Positions 19,342 through 29,585 of a stretch of DNA of 64,000 bases are shown here, in pieces. Position numbers and translations under genes: made by a program. This DNA comes from Planctomycetota bacterium. GTDB taxonomy: Bacteria; Planctomycetota; UBA8108; SXIK01. How positions within the stretch are numbered: the stretch's first letter is position 1; the number at the start of each line of letters is the position of its first letter. The notes beneath the pieces were generated by a model, which saw only the letters and a list, made by a program, of their open reading frames with translations, was not told where the DNA came from and made no database searches. The stretch lies in contig OZ244999.1 in NCBI GenBank assembly GCA_965223265.1, forward strand, positions 192,001-256,000, written 5' to 3'.

Positions 19342-20709
19342 TCAAATGAGTTCCGCGATGGGTTCGCGATGATCGAGCAAGTACTGGGGACGTCCGGCAA
19401 GATCCTCGACCGTGGTCGTCTCTGGGTCGATGCCGATTTGTCGATACAGAGTTGCAAAGACGTTTTGGTAGTGAACCGGACGGTCTTTGGGCACTTCGGC
19501 CAGACGGTTTGTCGAACCGATCACTTGACCAGTGCGCATGCCGCCGCCTGCGAGCAGCGCACATGACACGGGCGGCCAATGATCGCGGCCGGCACTTTTG
19601 TTGATCCGCGGTGTGCGCCCGAACTCACCCCAGGCTATGACGCTGACGTCTTTATCTAGCCCGCGCTCGTGCAAATCCTGAACAAGCGCGGTGATACCCT
19701 GGTCGAGTTTCGCCAGTTGCACGGGCAGACGCGAAAAATTCGCACCGTGTCGATCCCAACTGCCGAACGAGAGCGTCACACAACGTGCGCCAGATTCAAC
19801 GAGACGCCGCGCCATGAGGAACTGATCCATCCAGTGCGGCCCGGCATCCTCGCCAAACGCTGGTGCGGCACTGCCGCGTCCGTAGCGATCGCGAACCGCG
19901 TCGGGTTCGCGGTCGAGGTCCATTGCCTCTACGAGCTTGCTTGACGTGAGCACCTCAAAGGCACGCTGCGTGTAAGTGTCCATCTCTTCCGGGGCGCCAG
20001 TCGCGTCGAAGCGCCGACGAAAGTGATCTACGCTACTCAAGAGTCGCTTGCGGTCGGCGAGACGCTCGAGCGTGACGCCTTGGAGTTGCATGTCCGCCAT
20101 GCCCTGGCTTTTCGGCTGAAACGGCGCATGCGCAGCGCCGAGAAAACCGGGGAGGCCAGGGTTCGAATAAGGTTTGTGGCGAGTCGTGATGGTGAGACTG
20201 ACGAACGGCGCTACGGACGCGTCGACGGCGCCTTGCACTTTCGAGATCACCGAACCCAGCGAGGGACGACCCGATTGCCGAATACCGCGGCTGATCGGAT
20301 AGCCGCTCAAGCACAGGTCGGAAGCGTGCTGATCTGGCCCGCCGTAGAGCGACCGAATGATCGCGAACTTGTCCATCATTGCGGCGAGACGTGGCATGTG
20401 TTCGCAGATCTCAATGCCAGGCACGTTCGTTGGAATCGGTTTGAACTCCCCGCGGAATTCCCGCGGCGCGTCCATCTTGAGATCGAACATGTCCTGATGC
20501 GAAGGGCCGCCGGACAGGTAGATCATGATGATGGCCTTGTGCCCAAGCCCGGAGGCGCCGGAGCGTCCGCTGCGGTTCCGCATCTGTGCCTCAGCCCGCA
20601 GGAGATTTGGAAGCGAAAGCCCACCGAGCGCAAGGCTGCCAACGCTTAGAAACTGTCGGCGAGAAACGCCGTCGCACTGATGCTGCGGGTCGCCGTGGAT
20701 CGTCAGCAC
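19342..20709 (-). CDS. DUF1501 domain-containing protein
   Basis: SRRQFL; 'GGPSHQDMFDLK', 'ARRLVESG', 'WDRH', 'GEFGRTPRIN..GRDHW'; GGAGG RBS before GTG 20709. Confidence 0.92.
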   Translation of the reverse strand: MLTIHGDPQHQCDGVSRRQFLSVGSLALGGLSLPNLLRAEAQMRNRSGRSGASGLGHKAIIMIYLSGGPSHQDMFDLKMDAPREFRGEFKPIPTNVPGIEICEHMPRLAAMMDKFAIIRSLYGGPDQHASDLCLSGYPISRGIRQSGRPSLGSVISKVQGAVDASVAPFVSLTITTRHKPYSNPGLPGFLGAAHAPFQPKSQGMADMQLQGVTLERLADRKRLLSSVDHFRRRFDATGAPEEMDTYTQRAFEVLTSSKLVEAMDLDREPDAVRDRYGRGSAAPAFGEDAGPHWMDQFLMARRLVESGARCVTLSFGSWDRHGANFSRLPVQLAKLDQGITALVQDLHERGLDKDVSVIAWGEFGRTPRINKSAGRDHWPPVSCALLAGGGMRTGQVIGSTNRLAEVPKDRPVHYQNVFATLYRQIGIDPETTTVEDLAGRPQYLLDHREPIAELI

Positions 20710-20829
20710 GCTGATCCTCCGTCGTCTTGGTCGCCGTTGTTTGACGCGTTCGGGCACCGCGTTTCGGGCGGTGCCGCATCACCACAAGATTCTATCCCAC
20801 ACGAGCGTTGAGTCCGCGGGAAAAAGCGG

Positions 20830-21924
20830 TCAGAAGGTGACCGAGACGCGAATCGCGTCGCCGCGGTCTGCAAGCGCGAACGCATCGTTGATGGAGTCGA
20901 AAGCGAAGTGGTGCGAGATCATGGCGTCGAACGGATATTTGTGCTTGGTGCGAGCGAGAAACTCCAGCGCTGCGGGGATGGCCCAAGGGTGATAACCGTG
21001 CACTCCATGCATGCGCAGGTTGCGACGCACGAGTTCGGTCGGATCGAAGCGCGCTTCGAACCCATGGCTGATGTTGCCGGCCACTGCGTAGCGACCTGCC
21101 GGCCGTAGCAACCTCACGCCTTCCGGCACCGCTTCGGGCACTCCCGCGAACTCGAACGCAACATCCGCACCGAGTCCGTCGGTCCACTCGAGCACGCGTT
21201 CGAGCCGGTCCTCAGGTCGTAGCTCCGCAACATTCAGCGTGCGGTCGGCGCCAAACTCTCTTGCCAGCTCAAGGCGGCCTGCGTGACCGTCGAGCACGAT
21301 GATCTGTTTCACACCAGCCTCTCGGCACATGGCGACGGCGAACAGACCTAGACCGCCCGCTCCTTGGATCAGAACAGAATCTCCGGATGCTACCTGGACT
21401 CGTCGCATGGCGGTGACGACCTGCGCGCCGGCGCAGTTGACGGGAGAGACGAGGTCGTCGGAGAGTTCATCGCTGACCCGGAACACCGATTGTCCCGGCC
21501 GCAGGTAGTAAAACTCTCCGTATCCGGCATTGAAATGCGGCGGCTTGTCGCTGGAGACACCGATCCAGTGGCTATTACGTTTTGGACAAGGGGCGCTGCG
21601 GTCGAGGCAGTATGGGCAAGTCCCGCAAGGACACGCGTAGCTGTAGATGATGCGGTCACCTTCGCGCAGGGACTCTCCGCTCGCATCACAGCGAACGTTG
21701 CAGCCCAGTCGTTCGACGGTGCCGACCATTTCGTGGCCGAGGATCTGCGGCACACCGACTTCGAAGGCGACGACGTCGCCACGCCATAGGTGTAGATCCG
21801 AGCCGCAGATGTTGCACGCACGCATGCGGACGATGATCGCATCGGCTTCGGGGTCAGGAACCGGATACTCGCGGTACTCGAAGGGTTGGCCAGGAGCGAC
21901 CCAGACGGCGACGCGTCCGTTCAT
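20830..21924 (-). CDS. zinc-binding alcohol dehydrogenase (MDR family)
   Basis: 'CGSD', 'GHE', structural Zn 'CGTCPYC..C', 'GAGGLG'. Confidence 0.92.
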   Translation of the reverse strand: MNGRVAVWVAPGQPFEYREYPVPDPEADAIIVRMRACNICGSDLHLWRGDVVAFEVGVPQILGHEMVGTVERLGCNVRCDASGESLREGDRIIYSYACPCGTCPYCLDRSAPCPKRNSHWIGVSSDKPPHFNAGYGEFYYLRPGQSVFRVSDELSDDLVSPVNCAGAQVVTAMRRVQVASGDSVLIQGAGGLGLFAVAMCREAGVKQIIVLDGHAGRLELAREFGADRTLNVAELRPEDRLERVLEWTDGLGADVAFEFAGVPEAVPEGVRLLRPAGRYAVAGNISHGFEARFDPTELVRRNLRMHGVHGYHPWAIPAALEFLARTKHKYPFDAMISHHFAFDSINDAFALADRGDAIRVSVTF

Positions 21925-22050
21925 GGCAGAGACTTTCGGCGTAGCAGCTGACTGCGTAGGATTGGGTAGACGAAAAGGTCAATGAGCCATCAAGGCCAGG
22001 GGGCTGTGCGCCACCAAATGAGTCGCGATTCTACACGCAGAAAGGCAACT

Positions 22051-23550
22051 ATGACACGGGTGATTCGTGCGACGGTCTTGGGCAGTCTCTTGACGGCTGC
22101 GCTCTCTCATACATTCGCTGCTGAGGCAGAGCTCGACGAGCTCCGTCTTGTCGCGCGGTATGCGGACGCGCTCATCGAGAATGGTCGCGACGTCTACGGT
22201 GAGAAGCACTCGCCGCTTTTTGCCGCTTGCCTCGATCGCAAAACGCTACGGCAGTTTCCTGCCGCTGAGTTTCAGCGCCTTTGGCGCATTCGTCTCGATG
22301 ACTGGGATAACTGGATGGTGCGAAACAGCGAGCGCTGTTTTCAAGGCGCGAACCCACACCAAGACCAAAACCTTTATCAGATCCTCTACGCTCTCAGCGA
22401 GATCAAGCAGTCGCCTCGATATGCCCGTGAGGCCGACGCTGCTCTCACATGGTTCTTCAAGCACACCCAAAGTCCGACGACGGGACTTTATCCCTGGGGT
22501 GAGCACATGGCGTGGGATTTGATCCGCGATGACATCATCAACGAAGGTCGTACACATGACACTACACACGAGTTTCGACGTGCGTGGGAGTTGTGGGAAC
22601 GTTCGTTCGAGCTCGCCCCGAAAGCGTGTCGACGCTTTGCGCTTGGCCTTTGGCACCATCAGATCGGCGATCAACGCAGCGGCAATTTCTCTCGTCACGC
22701 CGGCTACCTTCGCCACAAGCCAGAGCTTGATTCGGAGTACCCACGACATGGTGGGTTTTACATCGCCACGTGGGCCGAAGCGTATCGACGTACGCAGGAG
22801 AAGGTGTTCCTGCAGGCGATTGAAGTGCTCGTCTCCGGTTTCGACCGCCGGCGGAGCTCCGCGTCCGGAGCGATTCCGGCCGAGAGCAATCAACGCTCTG
22901 GCGGCAAAATGCTTTGGGCGACGAGTAACCTAGCTCTGGCGATCGACGTTTGGAACAGTGCTGCCAAGGTTCCAAGCGATCTCGCGGAGAAGCTACGCGC
23001 ATTCACGCGCAAGACCGACGAAGTCTTCGTCAATCTGCCTCATCGTCTCGACGGCGATGGCGCCGGGTTTTTCCTCAACGGCCATCTCGACACCCTCGAG
23101 CCGTATGGAGAAGGCACGTGGGCGGGGTACAGCGGCTTTGAAGGTGAGGCGGGTACAGCAATTCTGTGTCTGATTCGTTTTCGTCAGACGGATGATCCGC
23201 GTTACCGAGAACTAGCCCTAAAGTCGGCTCGACGGTTTCTCGAGCGCGAACCTGCATGGCAGAAGGTGATTCACCCGTCGACCATCGGTAGCTACATCTG
23301 GCTGCTCTTGGGTGCGCATGAGCTGACGCAAGACGAGAAATACCTCCGCCGGGCCGACACCCTTGCTGCCAAAGGGGTGGAGCTCTTTCTGGGCGACGAT
23401 TTGCCGATCCCACGTGCCACGGTAAAATACAGTCATTATGAGGCAGTCACCGGCGCCGACGATCTCATGATGGCGCTGCTCAAGCTCTGGCTCAGAAAGA
23501 ACCAGCCGCAGCGCGAACCGAGTCTGCGCCTCGAGTGGCCGAACCGCTAA
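22051..23550 (+). CDS. exported alpha/alpha-toroid protein resembling periplasmic pectate lyase (PL2-like)
   Basis: Signal peptide; 'YADALIENGRDVYG..SPLFA', 'QNLYQILYALS....RY...AD', 'GLYPWGEH' parallel PL2 N-terminal motifs as recalled from memory. Confidence 0.6.
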   Translation: MTRVIRATVLGSLLTAALSHTFAAEAELDELRLVARYADALIENGRDVYGEKHSPLFAACLDRKTLRQFPAAEFQRLWRIRLDDWDNWMVRNSERCFQGANPHQDQNLYQILYALSEIKQSPRYAREADAALTWFFKHTQSPTTGLYPWGEHMAWDLIRDDIINEGRTHDTTHEFRRAWELWERSFELAPKACRRFALGLWHHQIGDQRSGNFSRHAGYLRHKPELDSEYPRHGGFYIATWAEAYRRTQEKVFLQAIEVLVSGFDRRRSSASGAIPAESNQRSGGKMLWATSNLALAIDVWNSAAKVPSDLAEKLRAFTRKTDEVFVNLPHRLDGDGAGFFLNGHLDTLEPYGEGTWAGYSGFEGEAGTAILCLIRFRQTDDPRYRELALKSARRFLEREPAWQKVIHPSTIGSYIWLLLGAHELTQDEKYLRRADTLAAKGVELFLGDDLPIPRATVKYSHYEAVTGADDLMMALLKLWLRKNQPQREPSLRLEWPNR

Positions 23551-23576
23551 CGACTCATGTATGAGGTGTCAGGCGA

Positions 23577-25484
23577 ATGGGATCTTGCCGCTCTTCGTTT
23601 CTCTCAGTGGTCTTTGCGTCACTTGTCGCTTCGTTTCTTTGCGGCACCGTACCCCTCGAGGCTCAGTGTGGCGCTCTGGGACGCATTTTTTTCGCGCAAC
23701 CAGAGACCATAGCGCTGTGGGAGTTTGATTCCTTTCCAGGTGTCGAGATCGGCGAGGTCGTCTTTGACGGTACTGTTGTTCAGGACCTATCAGGCAACGG
23801 ACTCGATGCATTCCTCGAGGAGAGCAACCGGAATCACGATCTACGTGTCGACCGAGGCGACCCGGCGTTTTCCGGTTCAGACATCGAGAATCTCGTTCTG
23901 CGACGATTCAAGGGCGATTCGACGAGTCAAAGCCTCGTCGTACGAGACGATGGCGATGCGTTCGAATTCGATGGCTCGGAGAGTTTTACGATCGAAGTCT
24001 ATTTGGAACGCGTGATCCAAGAGCCGATCCTCGATTTCGGAGTTTTGCTTGGCACCTTTCGCACGCGAAATCTTCTCGACGATACACAGGATCTGAGTCT
24101 GTTCAGCGCAGCGTATGGTTACGGTCTATTCTTCTGGACGCAACGTGGATGGTCTTGGTCCTTTTCCGGTGTCGTCGATGGGGAGCCATTTTTGGGTTTC
24201 CCGAACGTGACAGGTGCTGACTCGGAGAGATTCACGAATCCATGGTTCGACATTCCGGAGGGGCATCACTATTTGGTGTTCGTAATGGACCGTGACGCCC
24301 AGCAGGCGCGAGGCTATCTCGACGGTGACCTCATCACAAGCTTCGCGGGCCTCGATCCGAAGTGGGAGTTTGTCACCCCGACGAACTATGACCATGCCGC
24401 TTTTCGCATGTTTTCCGCGCTTGACGATCCGACGCGAAACACGTTCCGAGGATCGCCAGCTGGCTACAATCTGGACGCCGTTCACGTGCTACGCGGCGCC
24501 TTGCCCGAGGACGACATCCGAGAACGGTGGTCTCTGATTTCGGGCGGCAAGACGGTCGGTGAGTCGTCGACGACGACGCGAGCTGTGATCGATCTTTCGG
24601 ACCGAGAGCTTGTCGTCGGGCAGTGCGTCGAGCTGGACGCGAGGGGTTCGTGTGTTGCACCGGGTGCTGAGATCGTCAGTTACGAGTGGAAGACAGGAGA
24701 CGGAGGCTTCGAGGTTGGCGGCGCGACATGCCAAGTCTCTCTCGATGTCGATACGGGGCCGCGGCCCGTATCGGTGACGCTGCGTATCGTTGACTCGGAA
24801 GGTCGCCGAAGCTCGGTCAGCGTACCGTTGCGTACCGAATCGATTCCCGTCGCGGCTATCGCGCAAATGACCGTAGAGTCTCAGCCGGACGAACCAACAT
24901 CTGCGGTCGCCAGAGGCGCGAGCTTGACGCTCGATGGCACACAGTCTCACAGCCTCGTGCCGCCCGGCGTCTTGCAGTGCCCGCTCGAGGAAGGCCTTCC
25001 AGTCGTATCGCCGGAGATCGTCTCCTACTCCTGGGATCTCGGCGATGATGGAGTGGAGGACTCTTCGCAGCCAACCTTCCAAACGGGCTCGCTTGCGAGC
25101 GTTGGGGAACTGCCGATCCGTCTCACCGTGATGAACGCGCTCGGGAGTGAAGCCAGCACGGTGTCGGTTGTGAATGTTCTCCAGACGTTTCTCCGCGCGG
25201 ACGCCAACGACGACGCATCAGCGGATATCTCGGACGCGCTGACGATCCTCAACTACCTTTTCACGGACACGGGCTCGCCCATCTCATGTCTCGAGGCGGC
25301 AGACGCCAATGACGACGGCGAGATCGACATCTCCGATGCTGTGTCCGTCCTCAATTGGCTCTTCTTCGCTGGCGGTGTGGCCCCACCACCCCCGCCCGGG
25401 CCGCCAGGGCTCGGCACCTGCGGAATTGATTCGACCGAGCCGAAACTGGGCTGTGCTGCATTCGACGCTTGCAGCGGTGAATGA
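23577..25484 (+). CDS. secreted LamG/concanavalin-like + PKD-like + C-terminal dockerin-like domain protein
   Basis: 'ALWEFD..DLSGNG', 'SFTIEVY', 'HYLVFVMDR..GYLDG'; 'IVSYEW', 'IVSYSWDLGDDG' PKD; 'FLRADANDD..CLEAADANDDG'. Confidence 0.8.
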   Translation: MGSCRSSFLSVVFASLVASFLCGTVPLEAQCGALGRIFFAQPETIALWEFDSFPGVEIGEVVFDGTVVQDLSGNGLDAFLEESNRNHDLRVDRGDPAFSGSDIENLVLRRFKGDSTSQSLVVRDDGDAFEFDGSESFTIEVYLERVIQEPILDFGVLLGTFRTRNLLDDTQDLSLFSAAYGYGLFFWTQRGWSWSFSGVVDGEPFLGFPNVTGADSERFTNPWFDIPEGHHYLVFVMDRDAQQARGYLDGDLITSFAGLDPKWEFVTPTNYDHAAFRMFSALDDPTRNTFRGSPAGYNLDAVHVLRGALPEDDIRERWSLISGGKTVGESSTTTRAVIDLSDRELVVGQCVELDARGSCVAPGAEIVSYEWKTGDGGFEVGGATCQVSLDVDTGPRPVSVTLRIVDSEGRRSSVSVPLRTESIPVAAIAQMTVESQPDEPTSAVARGASLTLDGTQSHSLVPPGVLQCPLEEGLPVVSPEIVSYSWDLGDDGVEDSSQPTFQTGSLASVGELPIRLTVMNALGSEASTVSVVNVLQTFLRADANDDASADISDALTILNYLFTDTGSPISCLEAADANDDGEIDISDAVSVLNWLFFAGGVAPPPPPGPPGLGTCGIDSTEPKLGCAAFDACSGE

Positions 25485-25496
25485 ACGGTCCCGGTG

Positions 25497-26258
25497 TTAC
25501 CTGTCGAACAGGATGCGGGCGTACTCGTCGAGCTTGTGATAGTCGGTGGTCGACAGCTGCGGCGTCATCGACAGCTCGGGAGGCGCGTCGCGGGTTTTCG
25601 AGTAGTTGTAGCGCGCCACGAGAACCGTCCACACTGATCCGGGGCCAAACTCAGCTCCGTGCTGCGTCAAGTCCTTGAGCGCAACGGCCATCTCCGCGGT
25701 CCAGCCCCGATCTAGGTCGCTCGGATCGTTGAGTGTGCCGTCGACATGTGCGGCGACTCGAAGACCGAACGCTCTGTCAGTCTGAATTTCAGCGCCGCGT
25801 TTTTCAAACCAGAACGACGTCTTTCGCTGCGCAGGTGTGACGTAGAGCTCCCAGTAGTCGGTGTGCGACTCTGGTTTAAGGAAGAGTTCGCACACATCTC
25901 CTAGCATGTAGTGGTGCTCGTGGTCTTTCGTGCCAGCGGCGAGGATGTTCCGATCCTCCCAGTCGATGCCGACGTAGAGATAGTTTTCGTCCCAGGCGAG
26001 CCGCGCGATTCCTTGCTCGACGAGTGTCGTGCCGTCGACGGCGCGGTCTCTCCCGAGTTGCAGTGGATAGCTCTCGGCGCTTTGCCAGACTCCTTCGTCG
26101 AGGACGCCATCGACGCGGACGGGGCTGGCCGTGAAGAGTGCGCGGACGGTGGGGCGGCCGTCAGTGATTGTCGCCGTGCCTTCTACCGCGGCGCATCCTG
26201 ACAGGTACGTGGTCAGTACCATCACACCGACGAGTTTTGCAGGTTGCGAGAACGTCAT
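25497..26258 (-). CDS. carbohydrate-binding family 9-like (DOMON-like) lipoprotein
   Basis: Lipobox LSGC; 'VDGVLDEGVW', 'RLAWDENYLYVG', 'DVCELFL', 'GWTAEMAV'. Confidence 0.85.
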   Translation of the reverse strand: MTFSQPAKLVGVMVLTTYLSGCAAVEGTATITDGRPTVRALFTASPVRVDGVLDEGVWQSAESYPLQLGRDRAVDGTTLVEQGIARLAWDENYLYVGIDWEDRNILAAGTKDHEHHYMLGDVCELFLKPESHTDYWELYVTPAQRKTSFWFEKRGAEIQTDRAFGLRVAAHVDGTLNDPSDLDRGWTAEMAVALKDLTQHGAEFGPGSVWTVLVARYNYSKTRDAPPELSMTPQLSTTDYHKLDEYARILFDR

Positions 26259-26454
26259 GATTGAATTCGTCGTCACTCGTTGCTTCTCCGGGGAACGTCG
26301 CGTGCGAACTGCGTCGTGTCTTGGATGTTGATCCAGCCGGCACGTGGCGGCACAATCCACCCACTGTCATCCCACACTTGTCAGTGCGCGTCGAGCCGAT
26401 TCGGCCGGATTGTGTGGAGAGGCGAGGCCACAGAGGAGGCGCCGAGAGTTCGTA

Positions 26455-27204
26455 ATGGCGTGGCAGGGCGTTTGGTTTGAACCAGAAGCCGTCGACGGCG
26501 GTGTTCGTGACCCCGAGATGCTGCAGGCGTTTGGCGACGCCGTCGTCTATGCCTACCCGCGTGGATTTATCGAGGCCGAAGAATCGCGCCTGCGCGCGTC
26601 GAAGGATCCCAGTCGGATGCGTCGCGACGGCGAATTGCGCGCGGTGTACTATTCGCTCGGGCATGATGGCGGCGCCACCGGATCCGATGCCCATGGTTGC
26701 CGTATTCTCCGCTGGTTGTTCGAGCGTTTCCGGCCGGACGGCGGTGACTCGATCAGTGCGCGCTTCAGCGAGATACCCGTTGTGATTCATGCCCCTGATC
26801 CGGCCAGCGCGGCCGCGATGGCGAATGCCTTGACGCTTTTGCGATTCCTCGCCGCATCCGAGGATCAGGCGATCGCGCGGATGATGCTCGTGCGATGGGA
26901 TCCGCGTCGCGGCACGCCTCAGCTCGCTGCGAGCGAGTACGAGCAACGTGTCTTCGCGTTCCTCAACGAAACCGATCTCTTCTATCCCGATGACGTTGAT
27001 CTATTCGACGTGCTAGCGCGCCAAGACCTGCGTTCGCAGCGTGCGCTGCGTCCCTGCTGTGACGCGCAGATCGGTTTCATTCTGCCGCTTCTCGAATGGA
27101 TCGACGAGTGCCAGCCGACGACGCCGGTCGAGCGTCGAGACCTCGCTTGCAAGCTGCGGAATTCGCTGGCGGATGAGGCCAACTACGTGGCTCGCGGCGG
27201 TTAG
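26455..27204 (+). CDS. hypothetical protein with divergent cyclic-phosphate-processing receiver-like N-terminal domain
   Basis: GAGGAGG upstream; 'YSLGHDGG', 'GCRILRWLFE', 'VIHAPDPASAAAM' resemble SLDHDLG / GYDV..WL / IHSANPVG..M. Confidence 0.55.
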   Translation: MAWQGVWFEPEAVDGGVRDPEMLQAFGDAVVYAYPRGFIEAEESRLRASKDPSRMRRDGELRAVYYSLGHDGGATGSDAHGCRILRWLFERFRPDGGDSISARFSEIPVVIHAPDPASAAAMANALTLLRFLAASEDQAIARMMLVRWDPRRGTPQLAASEYEQRVFAFLNETDLFYPDDVDLFDVLARQDLRSQRALRPCCDAQIGFILPLLEWIDECQPTTPVERRDLACKLRNSLADEANYVARGG

Positions 27205-27728
27205 CTCCGCACAGGCAACTCGGGTTGCGTGGTGGAGCGATCCGATTCCGAGCAAGTTCCCCCGCCAGTCTAGGTGGTGAAGTCGATCCAGATTTGCTTC
27301 GGCTCCAGCCGCACGGTCACGTTTGGTTCGTGGAAAAGCTCGCTCGACTTGCTGCGTCGGGGTGAGTCGGTCCCTACAGTTGCGTAAATCTCTCGCCGGA
27401 ATCTCAGAAGCCCCAGTCCTACAGCTCGATCGGCGGTCGGGGCGTCGCGGTGGACTTCGGACGCAGAGACAGATACAGCAGACGCACAGTGCCGGTGCGC
27501 TCACGCCGACGCCCACGCAATCGCATTCGCAATCGCAATCGCGCACGGCGCTTGAAGCGCTGCACTCTTGCAACAATGGGGTCGGTATCCGCTTGCCCGG
27601 GGTCGGATCGAGGGATAGAGTCAAAATTTCTGGCTTCAACGACGTGTTTCTGCGATTTCCGCGGATTGCCGAAGCGCCACACCGCCGCGGCGGCTGTCTG
27701 CTCGGTCAGAATTCATGAGGTCTTCGTC

Positions 27729-29177
27729 ATGAGTCGTTGTGTCGCGCTTTTCGTCGTTTTGTGCACCGCTTCGACTGGGATTCGCGCAGCTACCATTGTC
27801 GTGCGTCCCCCCACGACCTCAGGGTCGGACGCCACCTCCGGCTTCACGGACCTTCAGGCTGCAGTTGACGCAGCGCAGGACGGCGACACCGTGTTGTTAG
27901 AGCCAGGGACTTACGTCTTGTCGGAGCCGCTCGATTTCAATTCCGGGGTCTCAGACTCTACGCCGAGCAAGAACATCACGCTTCGTTCGGTAGCAGGCCC
28001 GAAGGCAACTCTGCTGCAGCGAGAAGAGTCTGCACCACTCTACCAGCGTGGTCCCGTCGTCCGGTTCGACAGTGGCGAGACGGAGGCGTCCGTCATAGAA
28101 GGGGTGACGGTGACGCGCGGTGCAGGTATCCATGTGATCGGCTCGTCGCCGAGGTTGATCAATTGCGTTGTGACGAGGAACACCGGCCAAGAAGGCGGCG
28201 GCGTACTCTGCCGGGGCGACGCTGCGCCGCGCTTCGAACGCTGCACTATCTCGGCGAATACCGCCAACTGTGGCGGTGGAATCTTTTCGGAGGGAGAGTC
28301 GCAGCCGCACTTCTCACGCACCGAAATCGTCGGCAACGAGGCGTGCTGCGATGGCGGTGGTGGGGTCACTGCGACGCAGGGGTCCGCACCCGAGTTTGTC
28401 AATTGCGTCATCGCGGCGAACTTTTCCGACGACGGTGGCGCGGCTGCGCTCTGCGTCGAGGCGGCGCCTGTGTTCCTCAACTGTACGATCGCGGACAACC
28501 ACCATGACTCGCAGGTCAGTGGTGGTATCGTTGTGTCGGGTGGCTCCGTGTCGATTACGAACTCGATCCTCGCGCAGAATAGCGGCGCTAACTTGGAGGT
28601 TTACGACGGAGCGTCGGCGAATGTGTCATTCTCTATCGTCGAAGCTGCTGAAGTCCATCCTGGCGAAGGGAACATGCGCTTCGCACCGCGCTTTCTTCGT
28701 GCTGGGTTCTTCGATTTCCGTAGTTTTACGTCCGAGGGACTGCCGAATTTCGTCGCCCGGCCTGCGGACTACCATGTGATTCTCGGAGCGGACGGAGGCA
28801 CTTCGCTCGGTGCCCCTGACGTCGACTTCGACGGCAACGGCCGGCCTTGTGGGCGTGGTGTCGACATTGGTGCGTTCGAAAGCGGAGAGTGCGCCCCCGC
28901 GATCCAGTTTCGGCGTGGTGACGTCAACGACGACGGACGTCTCAGCATTAGCGACCCCATCTTTCTCTGGAGGTTTCTGTTCTCCTTCGGTGACCAGCCC
29001 CCATGTCTGGATGCCGCTGATGCCGACGACGGTGGCTGGCTCGATGTCAACGACGGCATCTTCACCCTCAACTTTATGTTTCGTCGCGGGCCGCCGCCGC
29101 CCGAGCCATTCGCTCGTTGCGGCAAGGAGCTCACCCCTGACGACGTGCCGTGCAGCGGTTTCTCCGCTTGTCTTTAG
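27729..29177 (+). CDS. secreted right-handed beta-helix (pectin-lyase-like) protein with C-terminal dockerin-like domain
   Basis: Signal peptide; 'LQAAVDAAQDGDTVLLEPGTY'; repeated 'NC.I..N....GGG'; 'DIGAFE'; 'FRRGDVNDDG..CLDAADADDGG'. Confidence 0.85.
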   Translation: MSRCVALFVVLCTASTGIRAATIVVRPPTTSGSDATSGFTDLQAAVDAAQDGDTVLLEPGTYVLSEPLDFNSGVSDSTPSKNITLRSVAGPKATLLQREESAPLYQRGPVVRFDSGETEASVIEGVTVTRGAGIHVIGSSPRLINCVVTRNTGQEGGGVLCRGDAAPRFERCTISANTANCGGGIFSEGESQPHFSRTEIVGNEACCDGGGGVTATQGSAPEFVNCVIAANFSDDGGAAALCVEAAPVFLNCTIADNHHDSQVSGGIVVSGGSVSITNSILAQNSGANLEVYDGASANVSFSIVEAAEVHPGEGNMRFAPRFLRAGFFDFRSFTSEGLPNFVARPADYHVILGADGGTSLGAPDVDFDGNGRPCGRGVDIGAFESGECAPAIQFRRGDVNDDGRLSISDPIFLWRFLFSFGDQPPCLDAADADDGGWLDVNDGIFTLNFMFRRGPPPPEPFARCGKELTPDDVPCSGFSACL

Positions 29178-29269
29178 TTTAGAGTGCTTGCTTACCGCGT
29201 ACCCGTGACGCCGATGTAGATGTATACGTACGCCGACTATGCATCACGAGGGCGCGCGGCGGCTTGAGT

Positions 29270-29440
29270 TCATCCGTTCCGGCGTCGATAGCGACGCTGA
29301 AGGGCGGCATAGAGAATGGCGAGTGGAATGCCCGCAAGGAGCCCGGCAGCTACGAAACGCAGCAGCGGCCGTTCCGAAAAACCGAGGATTTCGACGACCA
29401 GGAGAGCGAGCCCCTGAACGCTCCAGGCGGTCCACCACAT
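29270..29440 (-). CDS. small two-TM membrane protein (~56 aa)
   Basis: MWWTAWSVQGLALLVVEILG...LLAGIPLAILYAALQRRYRRR: two hydrophobic segments and a basic tail. Confidence 0.45.
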   Translation of the reverse strand: MWWTAWSVQGLALLVVEILGFSERPLLRFVAAGLLAGIPLAILYAALQRRYRRRNG

Positions 29441-29585
29441 CCACGCCGGGCCAGGCGGCCGCTCGGTGCGGCAACTTGACGATTCGGACACGATTCTCCT
29501 CCGCAGCTGGCATGCCACACCTTGCCACACGATTCGGCAGCCGGGTATATTGGAGGCCTCTATAGAAGGCAAGGAGTTTCCGCGC

